DNA of 60,661 nt, filler included, from Bipalium vagum (lineage: Eukaryota): assembly GCA_037834085.1 (NCBI GenBank). It is 3 parts of 3 records of this genome, joined end to end, with 100 filler letters (N's around TTAATTAATTAA, not from the genome) between each part and the next. Parts side by side here need not be neighbours in the genome. Positions count along the whole stretch, not along the records: positions 1 to 23,849 come from JBBMKC010205821.1; positions 23,950 to 40,162 come from JBBMKC010122348.1; 1 more part is not named here. One strand, given 5' to 3'. Positions 12,813 to 25,270 of this stretch are shown here, one piece after another. Each line of letters opens with the position of its first letter. Position 1 is the stretch's first letter. Under the pieces are notes generated by a model. The model did not search any database, was not told the origin of the DNA, and saw only the letters and a program-made list of their open reading frames with translations. Made by a program: the position numbers and the translations under genes.

Positions 12813-14675
12813 TCAAGAATTGCTGTTTATTATTGCTCCACGCTTCAACAGACTGGTCTTTACGTGTTCTGCGAGAGGGCGGGTAGAAATTATAATTTTT
12901 TCATCGTCAAGAACGAGCTGAAAAACAACGTTGAGATAATCTGCTATCAACAATAATCAATTACTTCTTCATTCACGAGGTTGCTCAGCTCCAGCCTGTA
13001 ATTATCTAAAGCTTCGCGCATTGCTTTATACCTTTGTTCTTGAATGTGACCCATCAGCTCGTAATAATCACAAAGTAGTAAATGGCAAAGAGTTAAAAAC
13101 TCCCTATAAAAAATAGCGTAATAAAAAATCTTTCATAAATCATTCACACGTATGCGCAACTGAGAACTAAATGTAATTTTATTATTTATATTTTAAGTTC
13201 AAAATCAGAACAAATATTTAATTTATTAATATATAATTATTTTGTAAATAATACTAATAAAGAAAATATCAGTATAAATTTCTCGGTAATCCTTCAGCTA
13301 AGTGGTGTAAAATTTTTTATCGCAGCAAAAATCTTCTGACAAATTTTTTGCATAATTTTCGAATTTATTTTAGTTTTAATTTAAGCAGCCATGTCTCTCA
13401 GTAGACCAAGTGTCAAAACGTCACGCAGTGACTCTGGAACAGGCTTGTTTTACATTTTATTTTACCTGAAACCCACACTGTTTCTGATGGCTGGGCGATC
13501 TGTACTCGAATCGAAGACACCAATCATGGAAAATAAACTCATGACGTTATCATTAATCAGAAAAATTTTGTGGATACTAATGATAACGCCATCCACACCA
13601 AAAACTTTAAAAACCTTTGGATTTTGTTGATAGTTTGGCATATCTGAGGCGTTCCTCACGTCACACCTTTACAAATTTTTGCGACGTAAATGGCAAAAAA
13701 ACAGTTCGATGTTTTCCGAATTTATTTATAATCTTAGCCGCCAGTACACACTTTAAACTATGTATTCTTACATTAATTTCAGCTTTTATTCAAATACCTA
13801 AGTTTCATTTATTTTAGGCGTTCAGTAAATTAACGCCGCTTAACGGATTGATCACCAAATTCTTTGACTATAATTTCTTAGAAATTATTGATTGATTGGT
13901 TAAATATTAAAAATAAATAAATTTACAAAATATTATTGATAATCATTTAAAATAAAATGAAATTTTTAATCGATAATTTATCATTTTCATTAGATTTGAC
14001 TTTTAATAAAAATTAAAGATTCAAAAAACTGTTATTGGTAATGGCACTAAAAATCAATTTTGTCAAAATGTCTTCAATTTTGAATTTTCTTTTGTTTTAA
14101 TAAAATGACAATTAAACAGAACGAAAAATTTTTAAAAAATGTTTGTAAACAAAAAAATTATTTTAAAAGAAAATTACAATTAGTTGATATTATTACAATT
14201 CATTGGAAAGAATAATACTTAAATTTTATTATAAGAATAAAAATCTGTAAGAATACACAAGGGCTTATTATATTATATAATCGATAGATTCTTATAACCG
14301 TAATTGTAAAATAATTATAAAATCTTTATGCACCAGGAGTGTAGTATAAAAAATTAAGCTTATTTTACTGTTAATAATAAAATCAATAAAATATTACCTT
14401 ATTGGGAGTATTTACAAAAATAGATTACAGGATGATTATTATTAATTATAATCATTTTTTTTAACAAAACTGAATTGAAAAGAATCAGATATTGCTAAAC
14501 TATTTCTATTCGTTTTCGGAAATGATCCATCATATAAAAAAAATAGTTTTCAAAAAAAAATTTTTAACAATCGACTTTAAAATCCCGAAGACTTAGACGA
14601 TGCTTATGGGGGACAAAATTTAAAAAGATAAACTATTTTATTTATAAAATTTTTTTGCAATTATATATAAAGAAG

Positions 14676-14718
<43 letters not shown>

Positions 14719-17700
14719 TACTAGTGGCCAAAAAGGATAAAGTCTTACATAAATTGAATTTTGAGCTGTTTCACTTTTTCTGAAGAGTAACTAGCTTGAT
14801 TTTCCTTTTGAAGAAAAACTCTGGCATATGCCATTGGGCCCTGATTGACTTGAGGAAGAAGGGCACCTGACATGTGCATATCCATTAATAGGGGAATATT
14901 ATTTCTTCTGGATTGATCAGAATGAGATGAAGAAGTGGAATTTGAAATCACCGAGGAACCAGAGGACTTGGGCATACTCGCTGATTTATTAAAAGCAAGA
15001 TGGGTGGTTAATTGTCTATTTTTTAACTGTTAAATAAATTAAGCGTATTCCTCCTCTGTGTCACTATACAATTACCTTAATTTCATCTATGGCTCTTTCA
15101 ATTGGTGAGAAATCGATTTCTTTGGTACTGATGACTTCAAGTCGTCTTTTTAGATGAGGAAAACTGGCTTCAACTGTGAGAATTGTTCGACGTTTCCACT
15201 GAATGCTCAAGTCGTCGGTTTGTTTGGATTTTAAAACATCATCTGGACTATTTTCTGTATATAAGTGATTCGAGGGTAAAAAGCTTATTGATTTAATAGT
15301 TAAATTGAACAGAAGATAACATCGAAATGACATTATTAAAAAGTAGAATATAATTTTTAATATAACTAATTACAGCTTGTGAACGGTTACTCTAGAACTT
15401 AGTTACATGGATTTGGTATTAGGTAACAACTGTTCCTAATTATAGTAATAAACTATTTTTAAAAACATAAAATCTTAAGTGAAATGTAAATTAATTTGGA
15501 ATAAAAAACCATCCAGGGAGTAACAATTTTTAAAAAAAAATTATATATAATATTAATTATAATTAATTATAAATGATTTATTATATTATAATTAATACAT
15601 GATATTTTAAGACATCAAATATTTTATATTAGAGTGTGGCCCTTAAGTTATTTCCCTATTTAAAAATTCTGGTATTGATTGGATATTAAAAGTTACGACC
15701 TAATAACATCCTTTTGAGAATTGTGGTTGATAAAGTAACTGAGTGTGAAGAAACCGATTAACATTTTACAGGGTTTTTGATTAGAGAAAAGATCCAATAT
15801 GTTTCATAATGGGGTTTAGAACATGGAAGGTAGACGGCTAATCTAATATTATACTAGGGCGATCTTAAAGAGAAAAGTTATCAAAGGGTTATTATTATGT
15901 ACTACTGTTTCATTGCACTATTGATCATTTCGTTCATCTGTATCAGATTGATTTGAACTCTTAGTTCCATCTTCATCCAATAAATTCTTAATGATTACTG
16001 TGTTTTGATAATTGGGATCACGTGAACAAGTTTTTTTAATAATATTTATTTTCTTAATATTTTTCAAATATCGATAATTACATCGTTTATAATAAACTTT
16101 CAAATGTGAACATTTGGATTGACTGATCTGTGCATGTAGTGAATGAGTGATAAAATCGAAATTAACGCTATATTTAATTATAACATTAATTAAAGTTTGA
16201 ATGTTTTCCTCGTAAAATAATGATCTAAATCAATCAAATGAAAAATTTTAAGAAATTAAAACTGTGAACAAAAACTATTCTTCATAGTCACGATTCTCCA
16301 AAAATCTTTCTATAATGTTAATATTTCTTTTGTTTTAATTATCTTTTCCAGAAAATATTAATAAGATTTAATATTGAAAATAAATGAAGCTTACGATTCT
16401 TTTTCACAAAAGGGGTTTCTAACATGAATTTAGAAATATTGTACTGTCTCTCAAACATGCTATGGCGACCCAATTCTTCCTCTTCTTCAAAAAACGGTTC
16501 CACGTGCGTCACTTGGACAGATGCCATTTCTGGATTAAGTTTCGATCGATCGACGTGGTTTTCGACAAGCATCTGAAGCTTTTGTTCTCCGTACTTTTTA
16601 GAAAAGAGCTTTTGCAATTCCTCACGCACAACGCAAAACTGTTTGCCACTATCAAGACGGTAAATGAAGATTTTACCCGCCAAACTTTCGAAAGGCTGAA
16701 AATAAAAAATGGTAACACTAAATTGAATAAATTAAAAAAATCAACTTTTCCATAGAGGACCACACGATAATAAGATCCAATTATTCTCTGATTTGTGGAC
16801 TCAGCACTTTTGATCTTAATATATCCTGAAGCCAAATGCTGATAAATCTCGGCCAATTGTTCATAGTCTCTTTTCTTTTCATAAATTGGAATAAGAAGCT
16901 TGTAAATTTCTTTCAACACCTCATACAAGTTGGCACCATCAAAGTCAATAGCCACTTCACGCAAAAGCTTAATAACTTCATCCTAAACGTTTCGGCTTTA
17001 TGTGAATAATGGAAACAGAATTATTTACTTTGGTATAATGAACTTCCAGTTGAACCGAATCATCTCTCATTCCGCTTTCTTCTCGTGGAATATTGGGAGA
17101 AATGTCTTTGAAATTTTCAGAAGAAATGGAATAGTGTTCTGTAAAATAAATCAATTATTAAGTTATTTACACCAATAGTGATTAGTGTGCCTGATATTTA
17201 ACAATTTGTAATTACTTTCCCCATGGTAGACGGCGTCATATGAAACAGGCGAGAAACATGAAAAAGGAAATGAAAATATTAACAAGAAAAGTTCTGAAAG
17301 AACCGTAAAAGGTCAATATCAAATTCATAAAACAAAACGGTATTTTTTAGAGAAATGAAAACTGAAAATATAATAAAAAGTAAACATTGAAAAACTTTTT
17401 TAACTCACAAAAAATTATGTTTTTGACAAAGAGAATATCCAATATTTGATTAAAGGTAACTTAGTAACTTGAGAATATTATTATTATTAAAAAAATTCTA
17501 TTGGATTAAATTTCCCCGAAAAAATAATTGAATAAAAATAAAAATTAAATAATGTTAAACATGTCATTACAGTCACCTTTTCTCTTTAAATATTCACTGA
17601 TCATTGCTGCAATATGTGCCTTGCACATGGCCATTTCTGCAAGGGAATTGTTTTTCTTGTGAATGGCATAAATCTTTTCTAACCACGTTCTACAAAAGAA

Positions 17701-20700
17701 TTCCAGAAAAGAACCAATAAAGAGATAAAATAACAAAATTAAAATATTATATCAAATAAATTTATCGATTTAATCAAACTCAGACAAGACATTTCCCAAT
17801 GACAGACTTGGTCATCTATGATATTTATATTGAAATATTAGGCTCGGAAATTAACTATCGATTTTACGAACGAAAATGAAAATCAAAAAATTTTAAACAA
17901 ATATTTATTCGGTAATAATAGTTTTTTTTACATTTAATATGTTCTCCACATTTGACTAAAGTTTGGTTTTTTGAAAGACGTCGAATTCTTCAGACATCTT
18001 TTACACTTTCATAGTCGTTGAAAACTTCCTGAGAGGAAATTTCTCAACGGTCGAAATAAGCAATATCAGTAGGAGATAGGTTCGGTGAATATACCGGAAG
18101 ATGACGAATCTTATCCAAGTTTCTTCACTTTTTGTAAAGTTCGTTTTCTTATATGCGGTCTCTGTCGGTGTCATACAGCAAAATTTGAAATTTTCTTTTC
18201 ACAAAAGGTGGGTGGTGACTAATTTTCAAATTTTGATGCAATTCTAATTGGACGCAGTAAGTTTCTGATGTTATTGATTCATCGAGTTTCAGAAATTCTT
18301 AATAAACTGTTATCAATATCTTTTTGAAGTAAACTTGGTTTTTGATAAAAATTCGGAATGGGACTCTAATAAGTCCACTCTGATGGACGCTTACGGTTAT
18401 CACAAAGAGTTAATTTCTCATCACAGGTAAATCAGTGGAAAAATGGCTCAGTGTTGTTTTTTGAATTAAGCTTCTACAGATATCATACCACGATGTTTTA
18501 ATATCAGTTAATAAGTGCAGTATCATTTTTGTCATCTTTTCAATGTTGTAGGTGTTGGGAAATTGGTCAAATGGAAACTTTAATTCATTTTTAAGTTTTC
18601 ATACTGTAATCTATGGAGGATTAGGTCCCACTAATGCTTTTAATCCAACTTCCTCCACCACATTATTGCGCCCACGATCCCCCATTGAATTAATTCAAAA
18701 TAACTTTGACCGAATCTCGCAAACCACCAAAGCACACTTGATTCAGATGAATTTTTCAATATTCCAAAGTTTAAATTCGAAGAGTTAAATTGTTCTTATT
18801 TGCTGTTTTTGTAAGAATTGTTAAGCGTCCAAAATTGATAAACTCTGAACCGATAAAACATGACCTTAAATAATATTAATTCCTTACAATCTAAACTTTT
18901 CATTTATATGACTATCTTTGTTTTAGGTGGTCAAAAATGTAAAAATAATATACCTGCGCAAAGCTGGATTACTGGAATAGCTTTTGGCTAGGGAGTATTG
19001 TAGATCTACGAGCATTTCATGATCATCTTTATGTTCATTCATTTGAACAGTGGCCATCAAAACCGTTCTAATGCGTTGAGTTAAATCTGAGACTTCTTCG
19101 AAAAATGACTGCATGCTCAATTTTGTAGTGGAATGTACTCCTATTTTTTGAGGTTTCGCAGGAACAGGTAACACATTTTGTCGCATCTTATTGCTGGGAA
19201 TGGGTTGAGTCTTTTGCATTTCTAATTCAGCAATCCGCTTTAGATAATTGAGACTGTCATTGAACTTCAGACCCACTGTTCGATCAATTTTCGAAACTGC
19301 GACAATTACCTGTGAAATGGGACTAAAATCAATGCAAAACCCTTTTAAAATTACTTGTAAGTGAACACGGTTTATTCCAGGTTTGTTGAAAGTATCATAA
19401 CTACATCTCATCATTCGATACAAGAATCCACAAGCTTCAATTCGAACAGAGGTAAAACGAGTATCAAGAAATCTCAGGGTATGCAAACTCAGTTCGCTTA
19501 TAACGTTGTGACAATTAGCGAATATGACCTAATTAATATCAAATAATAAATTTAATAATAATAATAATTTGTAAAGAGCATTTTTAAATTAAAAATATTC
19601 TTCATTCCTTTTTTGGAAAATTATGGTACAAAAGTCTAACTGTACAGAATCTTAAGTGACAAAAATGACACCACTGAAATTTCTTGGTTTTTATTAACCC
19701 TTCAATTTATAATTTATTTTTAGTCATTTAAACAAGAAAACAATATTTTTCATGAGTTGATATAAAAACACCTTTTTCAGTTCAATAATTCATTTATCAA
19801 ATCGTAATGTAATAATTTTTGTGTTATCAACTTTCACATTTATGATTATTTCATTTTTAATAACAATCGAGAAAGGGATAACGAAGAAGATAAAATAATA
19901 CAAAAATCTATAAGAAAAATCATAATATGAAAATCAAAGAAACACCATGGATCATACAATTAATAATAATACTATTATCTTTATTATTATGAGAACTTTA
20001 ACAATATTACCAAGAGATGTGAGAAATAATATTTTTCGTAAGTTCTCTATTAAGATTTAATTCGTTATATAATATATAAAGGCGGATAACATCAATAACT
20101 GTAATATCCTTACAATAATGGGTAAGTGTATATTGACAATAACTTAGTTCTTTAAAATTATAATGATGTCTTCCTTGTATTTAGTTATGCAGCTTGTGTC
20201 AAGATTTTTTAAAAGGATGAAAAGTATCCTTAAGAACTTTTATAAAAATATCATAACTTTCACCATCCATTTCAGAAAATGTACATTCTAATGTCACTGC
20301 TTTTATAATTATATTTGCAATTATTTTCAGTACAGGGAATCTGAAAATTTTAATAACTGATGACAAGTTAGAGATACAGAATTTTTCTACAGAATTTTAT
20401 ATTTCCAGACATTCTACATATAATTGAAACACTCCGGTTAATTAATCTGTTTTGTTCACGGTTTACTAGAGCTATTTTTTATACCAAGTTAGATTTACGT
20501 ACTGTGATTCCTTAATGAAAGAAGGAAAATCGTTTTAGAACAAGTAAAATAGATTATCTCAATATATTTATGAAATACGTAGAAATATATTATAAATAAT
20601 ACATTTATTTAAATATATAATATGCTAAATTCTTAAAACCTTGTTTCCTTTTTTGGCGAGGACCACTCTTTTAGATAATATATGGTGTCCAAATAAGTTC

Positions 20701-23078
20701 GTACCGATTTTAATAAATTGGAATTTCATTAATTAGTCCATTATTTATTCCTCAGAAAATTAATTTGATTTTTATAGATCACTTTAAATCAATAATTTGA
20801 TATTTAAAATATAATTAATCATATTTAAAGTTTTTTAGTAGTTAAATTTCAACCATTTGTTCCTTAGTACTGCATAAATTTAGGCTTAGATCACAAGCCA
20901 GTAGAAAAAATTGTTCGACATTTTGAGAAGGGGCTGTAAAGGAAAGAACTGCTCGTTTTGAATTGAGATCTTGGGGATCAGTAAATACAATCAACAATGG
21001 ATGACTTTAGAAAAAAAGTTGAATTCGATTCAAGAAAAACATTTAAGGAACTTAGTTTGATATGTCAACGAAGAAGCAATCATACTGCATATACATCAAT
21101 TTAGAAAGAGATGAAAAATAAGCTAATGGGCTCCACATGACTTAACGTCAGAGAATAGATTCCAATGACTGACAATGTGGTCTTCTCATTTTAGTCGGCC
21201 AAAAATAGAGCCATTTTACCATAGAATACAACGTCTGACGAAAAGTGTGTAATATATTTTAAACTAAAGAGAAAATGTCATTGGTTATCTCCACAAGTTC
21301 TAAAGGCTGGAATTTTTCAGAAAAAAACTTTTACTGTGTACTTGGTGAACTTGTGAAGAATCCTCAACAAACTGCAATTCCGAACGATCTCTTAGGCCTG
21401 CGTCAACTCTGCACTCTCAGACTGAAAAATAAGTTTTACCAAAACTGCATCGTAAGCTCTTGGCAAATGCTGGATTCACGATGCTCTTGCTGCAATGATG
21501 TCATTATCTTCAAATTTATGAATAATGTTTTTGATGACCAAAAAGTTTTCTGCATAGTATTTTGCAGCAATTTATCCAACTAACCCATCTTTTGACCAAA
21601 TGATAATTTTAAAATATAATCTAATTAATTGACTTTTTAAAAAACATTTTGGCTATTTGGAATACGATTGATTTTTTTGACAAAAATTTTCCAAATTATA
21701 ATATTAATAAAGTCACTCTTTATTATAATTTATTGATATTTTAACTCAACTGGATTATAACATAAATATGCTTTCAAAATTAAAACTACCCTCCTATACC
21801 ATCGTAACAATTAATAATACTAACCTTCGCAAACGTGGTTACGAATACCCTCAAGGAAACGAATACGTGCCTCAATACGGTTTCTGACTGATTGACGGAG
21901 AGAAGGGTCAAGTAGATATCCACGATCTTCTTGAATATAACATGGTCCGAGTTATAAGTGAGAATTTCTTGCTAAATTAAAAAAGAAAAATTATTTCCAT
22001 ATTTTATTTTATTATCATAATAAAAAAATGAAGCTTGATATAAAATTTAGTTACCAAATCCGGTTTTTTTGTATTCACAAAATATTGTACAAAAAGGATT
22101 ACACTACTACAATTCTAAATAACTCCCAATAAAAACAAAGATGCTGATACATTAATATGTTTATACTACTGTAAATGAATAATCATTTAGTCATTCATTT
22201 AAACAAATTATTTTTTAAAATATTAAAATAATTACAGTGTGACAGATATTGTTACACGGAACGAAATATTAAAAAATTTCCGAGTCTTAGATACAAATCA
22301 AAATGATAAACAATTACTTTGTTTTTCCTCTATGTCTACATTAAAAGAAAGAGTAAAAGGTGAAATGATTAATAAATAAACGACATCTTTTTAAAACTAG
22401 CCTAAATTTAGGTATATGGTGTTTCAGTAATTTTAATTTCAGATACTTGTGATTAATATCTCTTATTTCTGCAATCTTTCTTTACATTTTACCTTTATTT
22501 CTGGAACCTTTTTGAAATAATAATGTTTTATTTTCTAACACCTTCGATTGTATCTTGATTCTTCTTAATTTATAAAGTGGGATTATAATTATCAGATAGA
22601 GGCTTTAGAAAAATCAACATTTAATTTATTGGAATAAATTTTTGGTCAATCTGACGCCGCGGTACACACTTGAAAACTTTATAATGAGTTATTAAAAATA
22701 TATGATCAATCAAATAAAAAGTAAAACATACCTTAAAAGCTGAACAATAAGTAGTCAAGACATCAAGGACAACCAGTCCAACCTCGGTGCTAACATTTCC
22801 TTCTAAAAAGGCTTTAGTGTCTCCTAATGAACAGAAACGTAACTACAAACACCTTTTTAAACAGACACACCTGTATCAACTTCATCCAATAATCCCGTAA
22901 TACTGGCACGTGTAGCATTAGAACGTAAATATATCTTGTTATGAGGTTGACCACTGTTACTTATTGATCTAGCACAAGTGAATAGATTAATAACAAATAC
23001 TTAACAAATAAGAAAATATCAAACTCTAAATTGGTTATCACCTTCTTGCCCTGATATTTCAGATGATGGATTGCATAT
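12813..23078 (-). CDS. Dedicator of cytokinesis, DOCK-D/zizimin (DOCK9/10/11-like), 5'-partial; exons 23078-23025, 22968-22871, 22823-22732, 21971-21825, 19528-19355, 19309-18954, 17689-17577, 17138-17029, 16982-16746, 16695-16395, 15254-15076, 15026-14749, 13103-12965, 12917-12813
   Basis: The spliced frame is continuous for ~793 aa to a TGA. DOCK9-like motifs: LEGNVSTEVGLVVLD, QSETVLRHVF, RVHLQVIVAVS, LTQRIRTVLMATVQMNEH, DLQYSLAKSY..PALRRTWL, YYRVVLYG, QVTHVEPFF, ETPF, QWKRRTILT, FPHLKRRL, SPIERAIDE and nucleotide sensor VNQGPMAYARVFL. All introns are GT-AG. The 23024 donor (GTTTGA) is the least certain boundary. Confidence 0.92.
13390..13760 (+). mobile_element. Merlin (IS1016/ISXO2-like) transposase fragment in a DOCK intron
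   Basis: KRHAVTL, then after a frameshift ILPETHTVSDGWA...THDVIINQKNFVDTNDNAIHTKNFKNLW. This matches the Merlin consensus R.A.TL...ILPGT.I.SDGWAAY...NFVDP...HTQ.IENLW. Confidence 0.85.
14678..14719. repeat. (AAT)n microsatellite in a DOCK intron
   Basis: Direct observation. Confidence 0.95.
17838..18870 (-). mobile_element. Decayed mariner in a DOCK intron
   Basis: ESITSETYCVQL, RPHIRKRTLQK, YSPNLSPTD and FRPLRNFL. TIR-like end TATTAGGCTCGGAAATTAA at ~17836. Confidence 0.8.
20680..21590 (+). mobile_element. Decayed mariner in a DOCK intron
   Basis: WAPHDLT (WVPHEL motif), TSDEKCVIY and EGAVKERTAR. TIR-like start TATGGTGTCCAAATAAGTTCG. Confidence 0.8.
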
Positions 23079-23751
23079 CTAAATCGATAAAAAAATATGA
23101 AAATCACAGAAGCGGAAAAGTGTTCTCAGTATTGAGGGATGGAAAAATTATTGAACGTCAAATAATATAGTGCATTAATTTATAAATCATCAGTGCAATG
23201 ACCTCATAACACATAGGTTAACATTAGCAATTAAGACTAGAAAGATATTGGATCAATCCGTTACTTGTAAAAAAAGAAAAGAATGAATTTGGCAAACCCT
23301 TGAATAATTTCTAAAGAACTCATAAAGGCAAAAATTTAAAGCCATTATTAATCAGAGAAAGAAGTGGAGGTCAACACACCAAACGGGAATCAAAGGATTG
23401 CTAATACCTTTTTGGATTCTTTTAATTAGGGAAATAACAAAGTATGGTTAATTTTTTGACTGGTGGAGATTAATTGGTAAATGGTTCGAAATTTGTTTTT
23501 TTAAAATTAAAACTTTTAAATTAAAAAATGTTAATTTTTTTGTTGAATAATGCAAAAAAAATGTAATTGAATAAAAAATTGTTATTATAAAAGGTATACC
23601 GATACATTTCTTTGATACAGTCCTTTTCTGTTCCATTTTTTGTTTCAAATATTTAGCTTTATTAAAACTGGAACATTTCAGAATCATTTTATTATTCAAA
23701 TAGTCCAGGAAATAATTAAAACTTGTTGAACTTTTATTTTATTATTATTGC

Positions 23752-23782
23752 TATAATTATAATTATATTATTATTATAATTA

Positions 23783-23849
<67 letters not shown>
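23752..23849. repeat. (ATT)n microsatellite at the end of contig 1
   Basis: Direct observation; continues briefly after the gap. Confidence 0.95.
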
Positions 23850-23949
23850 NNNNNNNNNNNNNNNNNNNNNNNNNNNNNNNNNNNNNNNNNNNNTTAATTA
23901 ATTAANNNNNNNNNNNNNNNNNNNNNNNNNNNNNNNNNNNNNNNNNNNN
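23850..23949. other. Artificial contig spacer (44 N, TTAATTAATTAA, 44 N)
   Basis: Exactly 100 nt. The palindromic 12-mer at 23894-23905 gives stops in all six frames. Identical to the second gap. Confidence 0.97.
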
Positions 23950-24429
23950 ATTATTATTATTATTGTCATCATTAATTTTGCAATTTCGTCAGTAATCAAT
24001 AGATATCATTTAATTGGTAAGCTGGAGAAGAAATAAAAAATCATTTGTCATTCTCTCTATTTTGATGACAGCGTACTGAACAGTGCTGATTTCTTAGAAA
24101 TAAAATAATAGTTAAATTAATGAAAGTAATTATTAATTATACATATATTATTCAAACGAGTTAGAGAAAATGAAATTCAAGTATTGAAAATAAAATTATT
24201 ATTATTAAGCAATTTTCATAAAACAGCTTAAGATTTATAATTTATTTAGGGTAAATCATACTTCCATTTATTATTTTATTAAATTGCATCAGAATTTTAC
24301 ATATTATGTTGTTTAATCAATATAATAATCAATATATAAACGGATATCAATATTTTTTGTACTCTTGTTTATCATATTACACTTAGTAATATGACTAAAA
24401 TAAGAAATACTCAAAATTTCATCCAAACT

Positions 24430-25270
24430 ATCAGATTTTGAAAGAAGTGCAACAATAAGACCTCACAAAGGTGAAATAAGTTTCAGAGAATTCACCAGAT
24501 GTTTTTGAAGAAAATATTTTTCGGGTGTGGAATGCATGGTGTTAGAAAGACTTGCAACAACGTCGCAATGACATAGGATAACGCTGATGTCTCAACAAAT
24601 ATGGAGATAGACACCTTCATCTCTTACCTGTTAGAGACATATTTATGCTAACTACAAAAAATTGATAAAACCTTAGAAAATAAACCTCAGAAAAGATGTT
24701 CTTCAACATTTAATATCTAAGATTGAGTAGTTATGGTTTGAGCTCAATAACATCACATCCTAAAGCCACAAGACTTAGCTGGTATGGACAAAGATTACTT
24801 GGGGTGATGAATAAAATCGCATAATTTTTAGTGATGAATCAAAAATCTGCTTATGGCAAAGTGATGAACACATGAGGATCAGAAGGTACCATGATGAATG
24901 ACAAACTATTAGGCGGATGTGACAAAGTCATAAGGAAATTACATCTGAAATTGTGTTTGGGTTGCAGAATGCATTGGATTCCGGTCACCCCATTCTGTCA
25001 ATAAAACAGCATGGTTTTTGCAATAATCAAAAGTAGGAGTAATAACTAGGTCGGAATATTCACCCGATTTTTTTCCTTTTGAATATATTTGGCATATCAT
25101 AGGTCGTCAGTTAGAGTCTTCTATTGGTACTATTAAACCATTGGATGAATTAAAAAATCAACTTTAACAAATATTGAACAGCATACTTCAAGGAGAAATA
25201 AATTTTCTAATTAATTTTAAGCCAAGAAGATTCGAAGAGTGTCATAGGACCCGATGGCTATTGAAATCTC
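24430..25270 (+). mobile_element. Decayed Tc1-like (DD34E) transposon
   Basis: IIFSDESKICLWQSDEHMRIRR and YSPDFFPFEYIWHIIGRQL. Confidence 0.8.

Noticed and set aside
23894-23905. Palindromic TTAATTAATTAA (also 40207-40218) as a biological site such as a piggyBac TTAA target or recombination site
   Set aside because: Centred in identical 100-nt N runs; an assembly linker.
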